From the IMG/VR virus record IMGVR_UViG_3300040781_000350: a DNA stretch of 64,000 nucleotides. One strand, written 5' to 3'. The number at the start of each line of letters is the position of its first letter. The stretch's first letter is position 1. Source of the stretch: a virus. Taxonomy: Duplodnaviria; Heunggongvirae; Uroviricota; Caudoviricetes. This document shows, in pieces, positions 63,870-64,000 of the stretch. Both the position numbers and the translations under genes were made by a program. Under the pieces are notes generated by a model, which made no database searches, was not told the origin of the DNA, and was given only the letters and a program-made list of their open reading frames with translations.

Positions 63870-64000
63870 ATGGCAAAGCTAGCAGATTTAATTAGAGACG
63901 GTATATTAGATATCGAACTTAATACAACCAATCCATCAACTAGTGGAGCTGGTGTGAGTGCTGGTGATGGTGCTTTTGGTAAAGCAACTGATAATACAAG
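63870..64000 (+). CDS. tail fibre-like paralog (partial, N-terminal 43 codons)
   Basis: MAKLADLIRDGILDIELNTTNPSTSGAGVSAGDGAFG parallels the N-terminus of the preceding gene. TTAAATAAT lies 4 nt before the ATG. Confidence 0.5.
   Translation, partial: MAKLADLIRDGILDIELNTTNPSTSGAGVSAGDGAFGKATDNT

Overview
This 64 kb window looks like part of a T4-like (Tevenvirinae-related) myovirus genome with moderately low GC. Almost all genes run on the minus strand, are tightly packed and frequently overlap. Recognisable proteins are a gp20-like portal with an unusual Gly/Pro/Glu-rich C-terminal tail, a gp19-like tail-tube candidate, a Gpt-like phosphoribosyltransferase, thymidylate synthase, an ATP-dependent DNA ligase and endonuclease V (DenV). 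Positions 12.8-23.8 kb hold a large tRNA/RNA repair and modification module: an RlmN/Cfr-type radical SAM enzyme, a CCA-adding enzyme, a Thg1-like 3'-5' polymerase, a P-loop polynucleotide-kinase-like kinase, two metallophosphoesterases, an Rnl1-type RNA ligase and a second OB-domain RNA ligase. An HNH/NUMOD homing endonuclease sits inside this module. Downstream are a GatB/YqeY-domain protein, an ATP-grasp protein, an SPFH/band-7 lipoprotein, a SLOG-like protein and a GNAT acetyltransferase. Positions 35.9-45.7 kb form an array of about 30 very small genes, each directly behind a highly conserved about 22-nt promoter-like element (minus-strand sense GGAACC-NN-GATATAAT-ATT) that ends only 3-7 nt before the ATG, implying leaderless mRNAs. 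Structural and plus-strand genes instead carry a TTAAATAAT element 2-6 nt before the start codon. The most unusual locus is an ORF-free 1.3 kb region (45.67-46.95 kb). It contains three copies of the promoter element on the opposite strand, a GC-rich structured segment, purine-rich GCGGGAGA repeats, palindromes and iteron-like direct repeats, making it a candidate structured ncRNA and/or replication origin. I found no convincing tRNA, rRNA or CRISPR array. The window ends with paralogous tail-fibre-like genes on the plus strand, one carrying 60-bp in-frame tandem repeats. Several sub-60-aa genes absent from the ORF track are called by hand.
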